From Octopus bimaculoides (taxonomy: Eukaryota), in assembly GCF_001194135.2 (NCBI RefSeq), contig NC_068982.1:136144960-136208959 (forward strand): DNA of 64,000 nt, in the 5' to 3' direction. The position numbers and the translations under genes are program-made. The notes under the pieces were generated by a model. It ran no database searches. It saw nothing but the letters and a program-made list of their open reading frames with translations, and was not told where the DNA came from. Positions 1 to 11,919 of this stretch are shown here, piece by piece; the stretch's first letter is position 1; the number at the start of each line of letters is the position of its first letter.

Positions 1-521
1 CAAGCCCACTGACTTATCCCGGTTGATTATGTCCATGAATCAATCTATCAACCTACCTATGAACTGTATTCTCTTCTATCTACTGTGTTATTCTTCATTC
101 TTCTATACACTATTTTCTTCTTTATAAACTGTGAATTTCCCCATCTAAATCTTTCGTACATACTTACCTTGTCTCTGATGAGAGAATGTCCAGTGTACGG
201 ACATGCTAGCCTATCACTTAGGATATCGCAGGAACAGCTAACATGTAAGTTTTCACATTCACCTTACCCTAATTAAATTTTCAAAATGATTCGAGATACC
301 TGTGCTGCATTGGTTTTTGTCGTACTTTTTCCTTTAATATAATACATACCTTCGAACTCGGAAGCCTAATACTGATCTCTAGCTCCAGCCTCAACTAGGA
401 ACTTGGAACATAACGGTTTACCAATTAGAGCACTACCTCAGCGTACCTATTCGTTTAGATCACCAGTGGACTAAACTCCTTATATTCTCTCTCTCTCTCT
501 CTGTATATATATATATATATA

Positions 522-734
522 TAGGATGGCCTAAAAATAAGTTTACAGTTATCACGTAGGCATTTTAAATTTCTTTTAATACATTTTATTATATTTAAAT
601 TTCTATCTTACATTTAACTAAATTAGCATAGAACAGTGGTTTCATATTTTTTATATAACTAAAATTTAAACTGTTAATATATGAATGCGAAAGTGATAGT
701 TGAATAACTGTAAACCTACTTTTGGACCACCCTG
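522..734. mobile_element. Tc1/mariner-type MITE
   Basis: Imperfect ~29-bp TIRs (TAGGATGGCCTAAAAATAAGTTTACAGTT vs reverse complement of the end, CAGGGTGGTCCAAAAAGTAGGTTTACAGTT); TA on both sides (520-521, 735-736); no ORF. Confidence 0.75.
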
Positions 735-792
735 TATATACATTGGCTTGGAAGCAAACTTTTTAGCACATAGCTCTTCCTGCAAATAATAA

Positions 793-990
793 TGATTTCA
801 AATTTTGGCACAAGTACACCAATTTCGAGGGAGGGTGGTTATCTATTACACCGATCCCAGTACGCAACTGGTACATATTTCATCGACCCAGACAAGATGA
901 AAAGCAATTTCAACTCAGACCATAAAGACGGTAGAAATGCTGTTAATCGTTTAGCCCGGCGTGCGAATGATTCTGACAGATCACCGTCTA
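793..990 (-). mobile_element. SINE type A (tRNA-like head plus GCCTTTCATCC..GGGTCGATAAA..AGTACCAG central domain), degenerate
   Basis: Reverse complement aligns with the type A copies at 17,328 and 61,584. Confidence 0.6.
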
Positions 991-1189
991 ATCAAAATAA
1001 CTTATGAAGGATGAAGCATTAGTGCTAAAGAATAGATAACGTAACAAGATAACGAAAAGATAACGTAACAAACTGTGATATGGAATTTACTGCTAAATAT
1101 TTTATGCTGCAATGAAAAGAAGCAGCGGTTTGAATTTATTGAGTGATGATAAAATATCAGCCCTATTTATTATTATTTCCCAATATCAT

Positions 1190-1521
1190 GGCACTCGGTC
1201 GGTTACGACGATGAGGGTTCCAGTTGATCCGCTCGGGAAATTAATGAGAACTACACAGATATGTATACCCTTAACGTAGTTATCGGGGAGGTTCAGCGCG
1301 ATACAGAGTGACAAGGCTGGCCCCTTTTGAAAATACAAGTACAAGAGAAACAGGAAGAAAGAGTGAGAGAAAGTTGTGGTGAAAGAGTACAGCAGGGTTC
1401 GCCACTACTCACTGCCGGAGCTTCGTGGAGCTTTAGGCGCTTTCGCTCAATAAACACAACGCCCGGGCAGGGAATCGAAACCTCGAGTCCGCTACCCTAA
1501 CCACTGGGCCATTGTGCCTCC
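1190..1521 (-). mobile_element. SINE type C (tRNA-derived head, long body)
   Basis: Minus strand begins GGAGGCACAATGGCCCAGTGGTTAGG (A box) and carries GGTTTCGATTCC (B box); closely similar to 7,142-7,520. Confidence 0.8.
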
Positions 1522-1982
1522 ACATTTCCCAATATATCTAGTATTCGTCTTTTAGAGTTTGGTAAGTGCTGATATTGATGCTGTTTAATCCGAAATCATA
1601 ACTGATCCAAAAGAGCCATTGTCAATTACAATGTAACGGTAGTTAACCTATCTTCTTTTCAAACAACATACGTTACTAACATATATAATTTTTTTCTAAA
1701 AGGCGGCTGGGCGTGATATGTGGCTGCTGTTTCTGTCGAAATGCAAAAGAAATTTAAAGACTACAAACCATTGACTTGTTTAAAGAAACGCATATAACTT
1801 CGTGTCTTCGTTTAATCTTTTGATAAAACGCATCTAGTTCAGCCTTCCAAGTAACAGCATAACACACTCGTACCCACACATAACACACGTGTGTGTTTGT
1901 GTGTGTTGAAACATATCGACTTGTCAACGAAAGAGAAAAAGATTACTTGGTACATCTTGTAAATGATATTATTTACAAGTTT

Positions 1983-2330
1983 CATCATCATCATCAACAT
2001 CTTCATTTGACGTCCGTTTTCTGTGCTGGACTGGCTCGCATGGCTTGACCGCAGCTGGCAAGGTCAGGCGTCACATTAGGTTTCATAGTCTGTTTTGGAT
2101 TGGTTGCCACAGCTGGATGTTCTATCGCCAAAAACCATACAGAATGTGTTGGGTGCTTTTTACGTGCACCCATCATCAGTGTTCTTTACGTGACGCCAGC
2201 ACATCTTACGTGGCACTGTGGTTTTAGGATGTCAATCCTGTTGTGGAGGTAGGACCTTCTTGAGTACAGCAAGGTGTCACATGTCTCGGTTCGCTGTCAT
2301 CTCCTTCGTAACGCTCAGCGATTTAAACGT
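1983..2330 (-). mobile_element. RTE-type LINE 3' end with (GAT)n tail
   Basis: Minus strand reads FKSLSVTKEMTANRDM*HLAVLKK, resembling the RTE ORF C-terminus, then a UTR and a (GAT)n tail at 1,983-2,000. Clade assignment is from memory of RTE ends. Confidence 0.5.
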
Positions 2331-2496
2331 TATAATATACGAAGTAAATCTTTTTTGAGCCTTCAGATATACTAAGTAAATCTTTTTGATAAAACCCATG
2401 TTTCAAGCTAAAACCTAATCCCTTCGTCAGGTTTATATTATTTAATATGTTTTGGAGTATCTTTCTTCCTTTGTTCTTAATATTCTTATGGAATGA

Positions 2497-2830
2497 TTAT
2501 AACATTCGCCTTAGTAAAGATGGAGTTATAGTTTCCAGTCGTATTTGTTTGTTTGTCCGTGGACAAGATATCTCAAGAACCGCCAGATGGATTCGGTTGA
2601 AATTTTGTTTGACTTCGTGACTGGCACGAACTGATTAGATTCTGTGATCAAACCGGTACCGGACAAAGATTCTGGATTATTTTTCTGGTTTTCTTACTTA
2701 ATTTTTAAGAACGGTCGGGTTCAAATGAAACATTTACTATTTTCGCTTGTGAGAGCAGTCTAACTTATTTCAGATATTCCCATTTTAAAAATCATCTCTC
2801 ACTAATCGTTGTGAGGGCGTTGTTGTTGCC
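2497..2830 (+). mobile_element. Helentron/DINE-like non-autonomous element, 5' part
   Basis: TTTGTTTGTTTGTCC tract, GGATT..TGAAATTTTG and GATTAGATT..GGATT blocks typical of HINE/DINE-like elements; continues at 4,546 after an insertion. Confidence 0.55.
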
Positions 2831-4545
2831 TCAAGTTCTTTGTAAGTTATTCTAGCGATATTTTTCATAGTGTTAAGACGTGTAGTTTTTGTGCTTAAGA
2901 TTTGTGTTGAATTTTGTGTTAGTGTTCTTTGGAACACTCTTGTGAACTGGTTTTGCTGCTTTGTGGAAGCTTGTTTGTGCTTTCTCTCTTCTTATTGAGG
3001 AGAGTTAGCCCAATGAAAAAAAAGTAAAACGTGTTCTATTCAGATCTCAGCGGTTCTGAGTTGTCTTCTTCCGAAGGCGAATTATTGCAAGCTATTGGAA
3101 GAATAGACGAGAAAATGAAGGAAAATCGAAAGTTCACAGATGTGGCAAGACTCCAAGAAGACAAAGCAGACATGGAAAAAATTGCAAACTATAAGAAAAT
3201 CAGGAGTAAGGACGGTTCTAATGTGGAATTGTCCCCGCGCCCTGCAAAAAACATTTAAAGATTTAAGAGAAAGAACAATATCGTAGAAAATTTACTCGAT
3301 AAAAGCAGGCAAAACTGATATTGTAACTACAGGGCAATTTGAAAAAGCACTGAGGCTAATATGGTAGGACATTGTATACATTACAAGAACAAAATTCGGA
3401 ATAGAAGAAGCAGGGTTCTAAAAGAAGGAAATTGCTAAGAAGTAAGCAGCGAGGACTACAAGGGATGAATAATTAGTGCTTCTGCCCAGTTACCTCGGAA
3501 GTCGTGCGTCAAGAGTTAGAGTTGAGGGAATTCCAACAGAGACGGATGTGGCCTGGATAGTAGCCGCTGTCTTCTTGGAAAAAGAGGTTCTCCATGCCAC
3601 AGAAACGCATAGCGAAATGTGGAGAGGACAAACGCTTGAGATGACAGTCCAAGCGTCAGCGGATGTCCTGGAAAATATGACAGAGACTATCACGTTGGAC
3701 GAAGTAGTAATGAGAGTGAGGGTTGAGGGCAGAATCCCTCGATTCTTTAAATGCGGCCTAAAGGGTAACATCAGAGCGGACTGGCCTTCACCAACTAAGA
3801 GGATCCAGGAGGAACCCAGGAAGGAAGCGGCGAGAGAAGAGAAAACTTTACCATCTGCAACAGTGAAGGAAGGTGAGACGTGGAAGACAGTGGAAAAGAA
3901 AAACCAGAGGAAGAGAAAGAAGGAATGTGATACGGACTTAAAACCCCAACCTAAATACACCCACCCACCCATTTTCAGCCGCACCCTCCCCCCACAGACG
4001 CAAAACGTATCCACTCCCCTCTGACACAAAAACAATCAAAAAAAGAAAACACCTTACACACACAAGCCCCCAAACTTCCCCTCCCTCGGATAAGTTGCTT
4101 TACAATTATGTATGATAATTCGAACCAAAAAATGAAATCTGAAATAACGTCATAGGAAGACTTAGTGGTGGTAAAAACGCATGAGTATGATAATGTGAAG
4201 GGAGTGGCATATGTGCTTGTTGATATCGGGGGAACAAAGGGCAAGGGTAGAACAAATTTAAATATGGATACACTTGTTTGAGGGTAAACATTGACAGGGA
4301 TGAATTACGGGTGGCTGTGGATTACATAGACCAAGTGGACATACTTGAAGGAACAATGCTCAAAGAAAGAAAGGTATAAATGAAGCTACTCGGAGGTAGG
4401 GCCGAGTAACTTCATTATATTTTTTCATTTTCATTTGTCATTGCATGCTTTTTATATGTTGTCCTTTTTTCTCCTTGTTTTATGTCCCCACGTTTAATGC
4501 ATTGTCTCCTCTATGTTTTCCCCTTTTGGAGAATAATAAATTAAA
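2831..4545 (+). mobile_element. Non-LTR retroelement-like insertion carrying only a decayed ORF1/gag-like frame
   Basis: Flanked by a 15-bp imperfect TSD (GGCGTTGTTGTTGCC 2,816-2,830 / GACGTTGGTGTTGTC 4,546-4,560, 12/15); T-rich 3' UTR ending AATAATAAATTAAA; no RT motifs seen. Confidence 0.6.
3476..4024 (+). pseudogene. LINE ORF1/gag-like protein remnant with degenerate CCHC zinc knuckle
   Basis: RVRVEGIP (RRM-like) ... PRFFKCGLKGNIRADWP matches a Cx2Cx4Hx4C knuckle with substituted ligands, followed by a Lys/Glu-rich tail; the upstream part is broken by stops. Confidence 0.6.
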
Positions 4546-4596
4546 GACGTTGGTGTTGTCTTGGCGGAGGTTTGCGCTCTCTGCGTGCTCTTGTTA
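4546..4596 (+). mobile_element. Helentron/DINE-like element, 3' end
   Basis: CTTGGCGGAGG subterminal motif followed by the imperfect hairpin GCGCTC-TCT-GCGTGC and CTTGTT. Confidence 0.6.
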
Positions 4597-5589
4597 ATAT
4601 TATTTTTTTCTTAATTTTTTCCTAATCTTTTGCTTTTGTTTTCGTGTTTGAATATTGCTGCATCATAATTCTAAAGATGTTGACTATGTTTTTTGGCTAA
4701 TTCACCAATTCGTTTTTCATTCTGTATTTTCATTAGGTGGGTTTCCAATTGTTTATCAATGTTTAGTTTCGTAGCTTTGATATGAATGTATATAAAGATG
4801 CAGTCTCCGTTCTCTTGCTGACACCATATTTTCCTCGTTTAGGTTCATCCATTTTATATCCTGTTTACTTTCTTTTCACCTATAAACTTTTTTTCCGAAT
4901 TTGTTTCTATTTTTAACTGTAATTCATTGATTGCTCTCGCAATCTTTTTTACTTCCTGCTTGTCTCACTTCGGTTCGGGTATTAACGTTCTGTGTAGGTG
5001 TATTTCATGTTAATTGAAATGTTTGTGTGAAATTATGTCTTATTTTGTTATCGTTCAGTGACTGCAAGTTACAGTTGGAAAATTCCGTAGCTTGTAAATA
5101 TTTTAAATGCTCGTCTTTGTGTTTTTGTAATTATTTGTGGTTTGCCAAAACTTCAAAGTAACAGTTAACCATTACATTACGAAAACAAGGTATATATGTT
5201 CCTCTACTGATACGTGCTGGATACTCTTTCAATTTACTCTGTTGCTGTTTTGTAAATATAACTATACATAATAAGAAACAAAATTAGTCACTGTAGATTT
5301 CCCAATTCATACTTAACCAAATATTTGTTGCGTTAAGTAATTAATGTGTATTTATAATTCCTATATGGTTTTCAGTTTGATAGCGATGAGGAGTACAAAC
5401 TTCGCTGTCTTGTTTGTTTTTTTCTTTCTATGGGTTACTTAATATGCTTCTGTTCCGTTAGTATGTGTATTGGTATGGCTCCTCTTCTGTTTGGAGTCGA
5501 GGGGAAACGACCAGGAACATCAACCAATGAAACTTTGACTAAAAACGAAATGCAAAACCGCTGCAGAAAAATTCCTTTATATATATATA

Positions 5590-5810
5590 TGGCGTAGTGG
5601 TTAGGAGCGCGGGCTACTAACCCCAAGATTCCGAGTTCGATTCCAAGCAGTAACCCGGACTATAATAATAATAATAATAACATCGAAAAATACCTTAGGA
5701 ATGAGTACCCAGGTTCGAAATTTCCCCAAGACATCTGAAGAGGGCTGGAGGGTATATCAGCTGAAATGTTGTTAACAAACAAGATGAGGACAAATATCCG
5801 TCGAATGTAG

Positions 5811-5812
<2 letters not shown>
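5590..5812 (+). mobile_element. SINE type D (tRNA head plus hammerhead-like body)
   Basis: A box TGGCGTAGTGG (5,590-5,600), B box GAGTTCGATTCC (5,633-5,644), internal (TAA)n; sits between (TA)n tracts. Confidence 0.7.
5731..5773 (+). ncRNA. Degenerate type I hammerhead-like motif inside SINE D
   Basis: CTGAAGA (5,735-41), G, stem II GGCTGG/TCAGCT, then GAAAT-GTT; reverting two CpG-to-TpG changes gives CAGCC GAAAC GTT. Confidence 0.45.
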
Positions 5813-5845
<33 letters not shown>

Positions 5846-5849
<4 letters not shown>

Positions 5850-5980
5850 GAACCTCGGTTTTCGAACAACTCTGATAACGAATAAATCGTGCTTTCTCTC
5901 CTGTCTTTCTCATATTCATTTAATACAGTATCACCTCGGTTTATGAACGCCTTCGATCACGAATAAATCGAACTATGTAT
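5846..5980 (+). mobile_element. Two pogo/Tigger-like 5' termini in tandem, truncated by the gap
   Basis: TA-TAGTAGAACCTCGGTTTTCGAAC and TA-CAGTATCACCTCGGTTTATGAAC, each followed by a related ..CGAATAAATCG block. Confidence 0.45.
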
Positions 5981-6632
5981 NNNNNNNNNNNNNNNNNNNN
6001 NNNNNNNNNNNNNNNNNNNNNNNNNNNNNNNNNNNNNNNNNNNNNNNNNNNNNNNNNNNNNNNNNNNNNNNNNNNNNNNNNNNNNNNNNNNNNNNNNNNN
6101 NNNNNNNNNNNNNNNNNNNNNNNNNNNNNNNNNNNNNNNNNNNNNNNNNNNNNNNNNNNNNNNNNNNNNNNNNNNNNNNNNNNNNNNNNNNNNNNNNNNN
6201 NNNNNNNNNNNNNNNNNNNNNNNNNNNNNNNNNNNNNNNNNNNNNNNNNNNNNNNNNNNNNNNNNNNNNNNNNNNNNNNNNNNNNNNNNNNNNNNNNNNN
6301 NNNNNNNNNNNNNNNNNNNNNNNNNNNNNNNNNNNNNNNNNNNNNNNNNNNNNNNNNNNNNNNNNNNNNNNNNNNNNNNNNNNNNNNNNNNNNNNNNNNN
6401 NNNNNNNNNNNNNNNNNNNNNNNNNNNNNNNNNNNNNNNNNNNNNNNNNNNNNNNNNNNNNNNNNNNNNNNNNNNNNNNNNNNNNNNNNNNNNNNNNNNN
6501 NNNNNNNNNNNNNNNNNNNNNNNNNNNNNNNNNNNNNNNNNNNNNNNNNNNNNNNNNNNNNNNNNNNNNNNNNNNNNNNNNNNNNNNNNNNNNNNNNNNN
6601 NNNNNNNNNNNNNNNNNNNNNNNNNNNNNNNN
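5981..6632. other. Assembly gap (N run)
   Basis: Ns. Confidence 1.
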
Positions 6633-6668
<36 letters not shown>

Positions 6669-6754
6669 GTAATGAAAATTGCAGTTTTCACAGTTTTAAT
6701 AATTCAAGTCTTAATGCTTTCACTCACCAGATTTTATGATCAATCTTTCATCTT

Positions 6755-6965
6755 GAGCTGCTGTTAAGGTCAGCAACGCATTGGCAACACGGACAAAATT
6801 TTTAGTGGCATTCCTTCCGCCTTCACAGTCTCTGTTCAAATTCCTCCCAGGTATACTTTACCTCTTATCCTTTTGGGGTGGATAAAATAAATACCAGTTG
6901 AAGTATGGGGTTCAATTTAATTGACTCATCCCATTTCAAGAAATTACCAATCATATTCCAACATT
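6755..6965 (+). mobile_element. SINE type A, old/degenerate
   Basis: CCTCTTATCCTTTTGGGGTGGATAAAATAAATACCAGTT core and ..CCAACATTTGTGA tail. Confidence 0.45.
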
Positions 6966-7141
6966 TGTGATCAATATAATAATTCATAATCATCATTTTA
7001 CTGCGATGCTCCAGATAATTAATTGCTTGTTATATCTTTGCATAAATTTTGGTTATATTTGCTCCTAATTTCTTCCACCCTCTAGTTTGTAATATAGCTT
7101 TACTTTGGCCTGTTAATGTTGTGTTTCCGCTGAATGTTGGT

Positions 7142-7520
7142 TGGCACTCCGTCGGTTACGACGACGAGGGTTCCAGTTGATCCGATCAACGGAACAGACT
7201 GTTCGTGAAATTAACGTGCAAATGGCTGAGCACTCCACAGACACGTGTACCATTAACGTAGTTCTCGGGGAGATTCAGCGTGACACAGAGTGTGACAAAG
7301 CTGACCCTTTGAAATACAGGTACAACAGAAACAGGAAGTAAGAGTGAGAGAAAGTTGTGGTGAAAGAGTACAGCAGCGTTCGCCACCACCCCCTGCCAGA
7401 GCCTTGTGGAACTTTAGGTGTTTTCGCTCAATAAACACTCACAATGCCCGGTCTGGGAATCGAAACCGCGATCCTACGATCACGAGTCCGCTGTCCTAAC
7501 CACTGGGCCATTGCGTCTCC
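7142..7520 (-). mobile_element. SINE type C
   Basis: Minus strand GGAGACGCAATGGCCCAGTGGTTAGG..GGTTTCGATTCCCAG; near-full alignment to 1,190-1,521. Confidence 0.85.
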
Positions 7521-9837
7521 CCCGCTGAATGTATGTCATAGATATCAAACACAGCTGATTAAAATCAAAGATATTGCATTTCATTGTTATCATACTCAAC
7601 ATTTAATACATCCGAACTATTTTGCTGACTCCAAACGCCTTTCCGTTCATTTTTTTCTCCACTAATTTTCGTTTCTTTCATACTGGCAGTGGACTGGCTA
7701 TGTAGCTTTGCTGACACTTAAGTGTTCATATGTTTTCATTATAAAGCCATGGTCCGTATTTCAAGCAGACACAATTTATTGGAGAGTAATTTTCTTCTAG
7801 TAGAAATCCCTTTATTGCCGCCAGTAAGCATTTTTAATATCGACACACTGGTTTTCATGAACAGGTTGATTTCGACTAAGACATCTTCAACAATTTTCCT
7901 CGAGTGTGATTCAAACAAAGCATAAAAAATTTCTTTATATTTTGATTTTGCTAATGATTTCTTAGTTTCACATTTGGAGACACACTAGGCTGGCACTAAT
8001 AGTATTTTTTTCTTGACTTGATGTCTAGATATCTTTTAATCTTTTATTTGCTCCAGTCATTAGGCTGCTGTCATACTGAGACACGGAGTTGAACAGTTTA
8101 GTCGAACAAAACCACACCAGTATTTATTTTAAATCTGGTATTTATTCTTTTCCCGCAGCTAACGTCTACAAACTTGAATCACAAAACAATGGTCGACCAA
8201 CATCCTTACAAGAAAACGCTTCCCCAAGATGCAATTGAGTGGCGCTGAAGTAGAGACCATGCAGCTGTAACATGAATTTCTTCCCTAACAGTTATTCTTG
8301 CGCCTTTATGAAGATATGCTCAAGTAAAACAGTCTTTATTTGTATGGTATCTTCATTTTGTAGTTTGCTTATCCCTTAGTTAAATGTGTTTTTTTTGTAT
8401 TCTGAGACTTCTCTTGATATCTCTGCAGTTGTTCTTCTGATTGACTGTTATGTGTTTAGATGTATTTCAGGAGTATTTTCTGCTTTTTATTCTTAGATAT
8501 TAAATCGAAAATGCTCACAATTTATTATAATCTTTTAGTGTTATTTAACACACTTAGAAGAGAAAGAAAACAAAAGTGACTAATCGAGAAGTTCGATTGA
8601 AGACAATTAGGTATCGTGTTCAATCCTGCATTGTGCCATATATCTTATCAAAGTATCCGGACCAGCGAAGTTTTGTGAATAAAATTTGGTTAACAGAAAA
8701 ATGTGCGTAAGCCCACTCGATAAATGGTGTCAGAGCCAGCTTTATCAGATTCTCCCTGGGGATTATTTTAATAGTACGTGTGTGTTTTGAACACCCGGTC
8801 ATTTGCAGCCTAATGCAATGGGAATGATGTTGTGTTAGACTGTTTACTGATGGCATTGTACATAATTTTTACCCATGATGATATTACACAATAAAGTAAC
8901 CGTCATCCGCCCCGCCATCTTTCCCATTCATTTCTCTCTAAATTCACTAAATATACATCCATGTCATTGGTGAAAATAATGCCATTTTCTAAGGCTGCAA
9001 ATGGTTTTCAGGAATATGAATTATCCAAGAAACATATCACCGTGTCGAATTCCTTGTTAAGCTTGGAAGCATTATTTTTCAGTATATTTAAGAAAAACAG
9101 CTTATGTGGCGTATCATTCTATTTCTATTTAAACATTTTCATAAACTTTCCCTCTGTTCTTTTGTGCATCTTGGTCAGCGTACACAAGAGTCTTTTTCTA
9201 TTCAGCTTTCGAAATAAATTTTCATACTGCAATTTGCTTTGAGCCAACCTTGATTTCCGTGTTGATAATATGAAAATGGCTGTTCTTAAAATAACTCACC
9301 TTATACTGTATCTAGCTCCATCTGCGTAATAGAAATAATCATTTTAATATTTCCTACCGTGATAATTTGTATACATACTATTCTCCCGAATTTAGTTTTC
9401 TCTTAGTTATTCTTTATCTTGTTATTTATAGTGGCAGCGGGTTGCAATGAATTGTTAGCAGCATATTTTTCCTTACAATAGAACCAGAACTATAATCTAA
9501 TGTGATTATTTAGTGACATGAATTCGTGTCCTTAAATTCCTCCCTTTATTTAAAATTTTCTTCAATCGTTTCTATACCAACTCAAGAATATGAAGTTACT
9601 ACGTATAAGGTATCAAACATTATAACATAAAACATGGTGAACAAATGGCAACACCCTCACAAGTCTCATACTCACGACAGTTAGCGTCTGGTGGGTGTCT
9701 TCTGAACATCTTTACAACTTTGAAAATATATTCTTAATACTGTCTATTTGCAGCTGCACGAAGTGCACAAATTACGATAAACATATCCAGCTCACTATTC
9801 CACAAAATTATGGGCATTTGGTATTACTTTTGCTATA

Positions 9838-10025
9838 GGAGTAGGTGTCTGGTAAATAGTTTGCTTACCAACCACATCGCTCCGGGTTCAGTCTCACTGC
9901 GTGGAACCTTGGGCAAGTGTCTTCCACTATAGCCTCGGGCTGACCAAAGCCTTGCGAGTGGATTTGGTAGACGGAAACTGAAAGAAGCCCGTCGTATATA
10001 CGTATATATATATATATGTGTGTAT

Positions 10026-10077
<52 letters not shown>

Positions 10078-10352
10078 ATGTTTATATATATATATATATA
10101 TATATACATGTGTGTGTGTGTATGCATGTATGTGTGTGTATATGTTTGTGTGTTTGTCCCTCCCCAACATCGCTTGACAAAAGATGCTGGTGTGCTTACG
10201 TTCCCGTAACCTAACAGGCCAAAGGGACCGATAGAATAAGTACTAGACATACAAAGAATAAGTCCTGGGGTCGATTTACTCGACTAAAGGCGGTGCTCCA
10301 GCATGGCCACAGTCAAATGACTGAAACAAGTAAAAGAGTAAAAGAGTTAAGA
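9838..10352 (+). mobile_element. SINE type B with internal (TA)n/(TG)n microsatellite
   Basis: Head ..CCGGGTTCAGTCTCACTGCG, body GGGCAAGTGTCTT..GTAGACGGAAACTGAAAGAAG, tail ..GACTGAAACAAGTAAAAGAG; matches 18,270, 49,588 and 57,388. Confidence 0.85.
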
Positions 10353-10861
10353 GTATGCTATTTGTATTGTTTTGAAACTGATGTCAGGAATGTTATGTAC
10401 ACTTTGGTCTCTTTCTATGCTAAATTATCATAGAATTTTCACGTTGTTATTTTTAAAGACTGGACACACTTTACGTGCATGACACAGGAAGCTATTGTAA
10501 TTTGGTGGCTATGCATATGTAGATCACCTATGCAACCTTACTGTGAATCGAAGAATACTTTTTGGGAGGCAGTGTTGCAGATACAACGTTGTTTATTTTA
10601 TCATTGCTCTGCTCCACAGATGACAGCTGTCATTGGTATTGAAGGGTTAAGGCATATTTCTTACAATATAAAACTAAAGTTGATTATCTGCTCTAGTAGC
10701 GCTATTGATGATATTTCAGCTGTTTCATTCCTGTTGGTATTATTCACCTAGACTAGAGTTTTAGAATTTATATGCAACCAGCTCAGCGAAGAACTGGTCT
10801 TATCTAATGAATAGGCTTTAGCTTGTTTAACACAGTTAACCAATGTGTCACCAGTATGTTC

Positions 10862-11130
10862 GTTTTCCTTGTTATTCTTTTGCTTGTTCCAGTCATTTGA
10901 CTGCGGCTATGCTAGAGCACCTCCTTAAAGAGATTTTTTTTCAGTCGAAGAAATCGAAACAGGACTTATTCTTTATAAGCCTAGCACGTATTCTATCAGA
11001 CCCTTTTGCCGAACCGCTACGTTACAGGGACGTAAACACATTAACATCGGTTGTAAAGCGATAGTGAGCGGACAAACACAGACGCAAAAGCGTGCACGCA
11101 CACACATACACACAAATGTGTGTGCGTGTG
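10862..11130 (-). mobile_element. SINE type B, 3' half
   Basis: Reverse complement of the type B tail and post-microsatellite body. Confidence 0.7.
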
Positions 11131-11919
11131 TGTGTATAAATTCTAGCTTTTTGATGTCCTATCCAACATCATCCCATCCCAGAATCCTATTGTTGCAGAT
11201 AAAATTGTATTATTGCCTTATTTATGGCTGTAATCATCAAATACATGAGCAACAACGCTTTCTGGCGATTAGAAAAGACATTAACATATTTCTTATATTG
11301 CTTCTTAGCGCTCAGTAGTTTCAAATTAATCTTTCTTCTTGAGATTAGTATTGCTTACTAAATTTCTCATATTATATAAAGTTAGGATTGTTAAGCTTAA
11401 TTCCAGTACGAAAAAGATATATGTTAGAGCTGGTTGTGGAAATATTGTTAATCACACTTATAGTATTATTGCTATTGATATGAATTTAAAAAATGATTTT
11501 TATCTACCAAAACTTTCTTTTTAATTCCTGATCGCAGAGCTTTCACATACGTTTTAGTCTTATTTATTTCAAAGTATTTTTAAAAGAAAGATGAACGTTC
11601 TCTCACTTCGATTATCTCCTCGCGATTTACAAGCCATCTGTTCCACTTGTCACTTCATATTGTCACCTTTTTGCATTTATCTAATACGAAAGACTAAGCC
11701 ATTTTCAAAATTGCTGGATAATACTGAAGAGACTCTAAAGATAAAGGCAATTAATTATGTAAAATCCTAGGTCATTCCTGAAGAATGGGTGATGGATGAG
11801 TTACCACAAGACAATTACTTTCTTGAAATTCTTTTATGCGGCAATATAACGGTAAAAGCTATTATTTTAAATAATAACTAGGAGCATAATCTCCTTGGAA
11901 TATCCAAGTAAATATTCTT

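Noticed and set aside
2391-2435. Minus-strand CTGACGA-A..GAAAC hammerhead-like remnant
   Set aside because: Stem II pairs poorly and GAAAC is followed by ATGG with no NUH triplet; at best a dead Penelope-type relic.
3490-4035. 181-aa minus-strand ORF
   Set aside because: Antisense shadow of the ORF1-like frame; no recognisable motif of its own.
8558-8706. Possible plus-strand exon (AG..GTAAG, open frame KRKKTKVTNREVRLKTIRYRVQSCIVPYILSKYPDQRSFVNKIWLTEKC)
   Set aside because: Isolated, no recognisable homology and no partner exons; expected by chance in 64 kb of AT-rich DNA.
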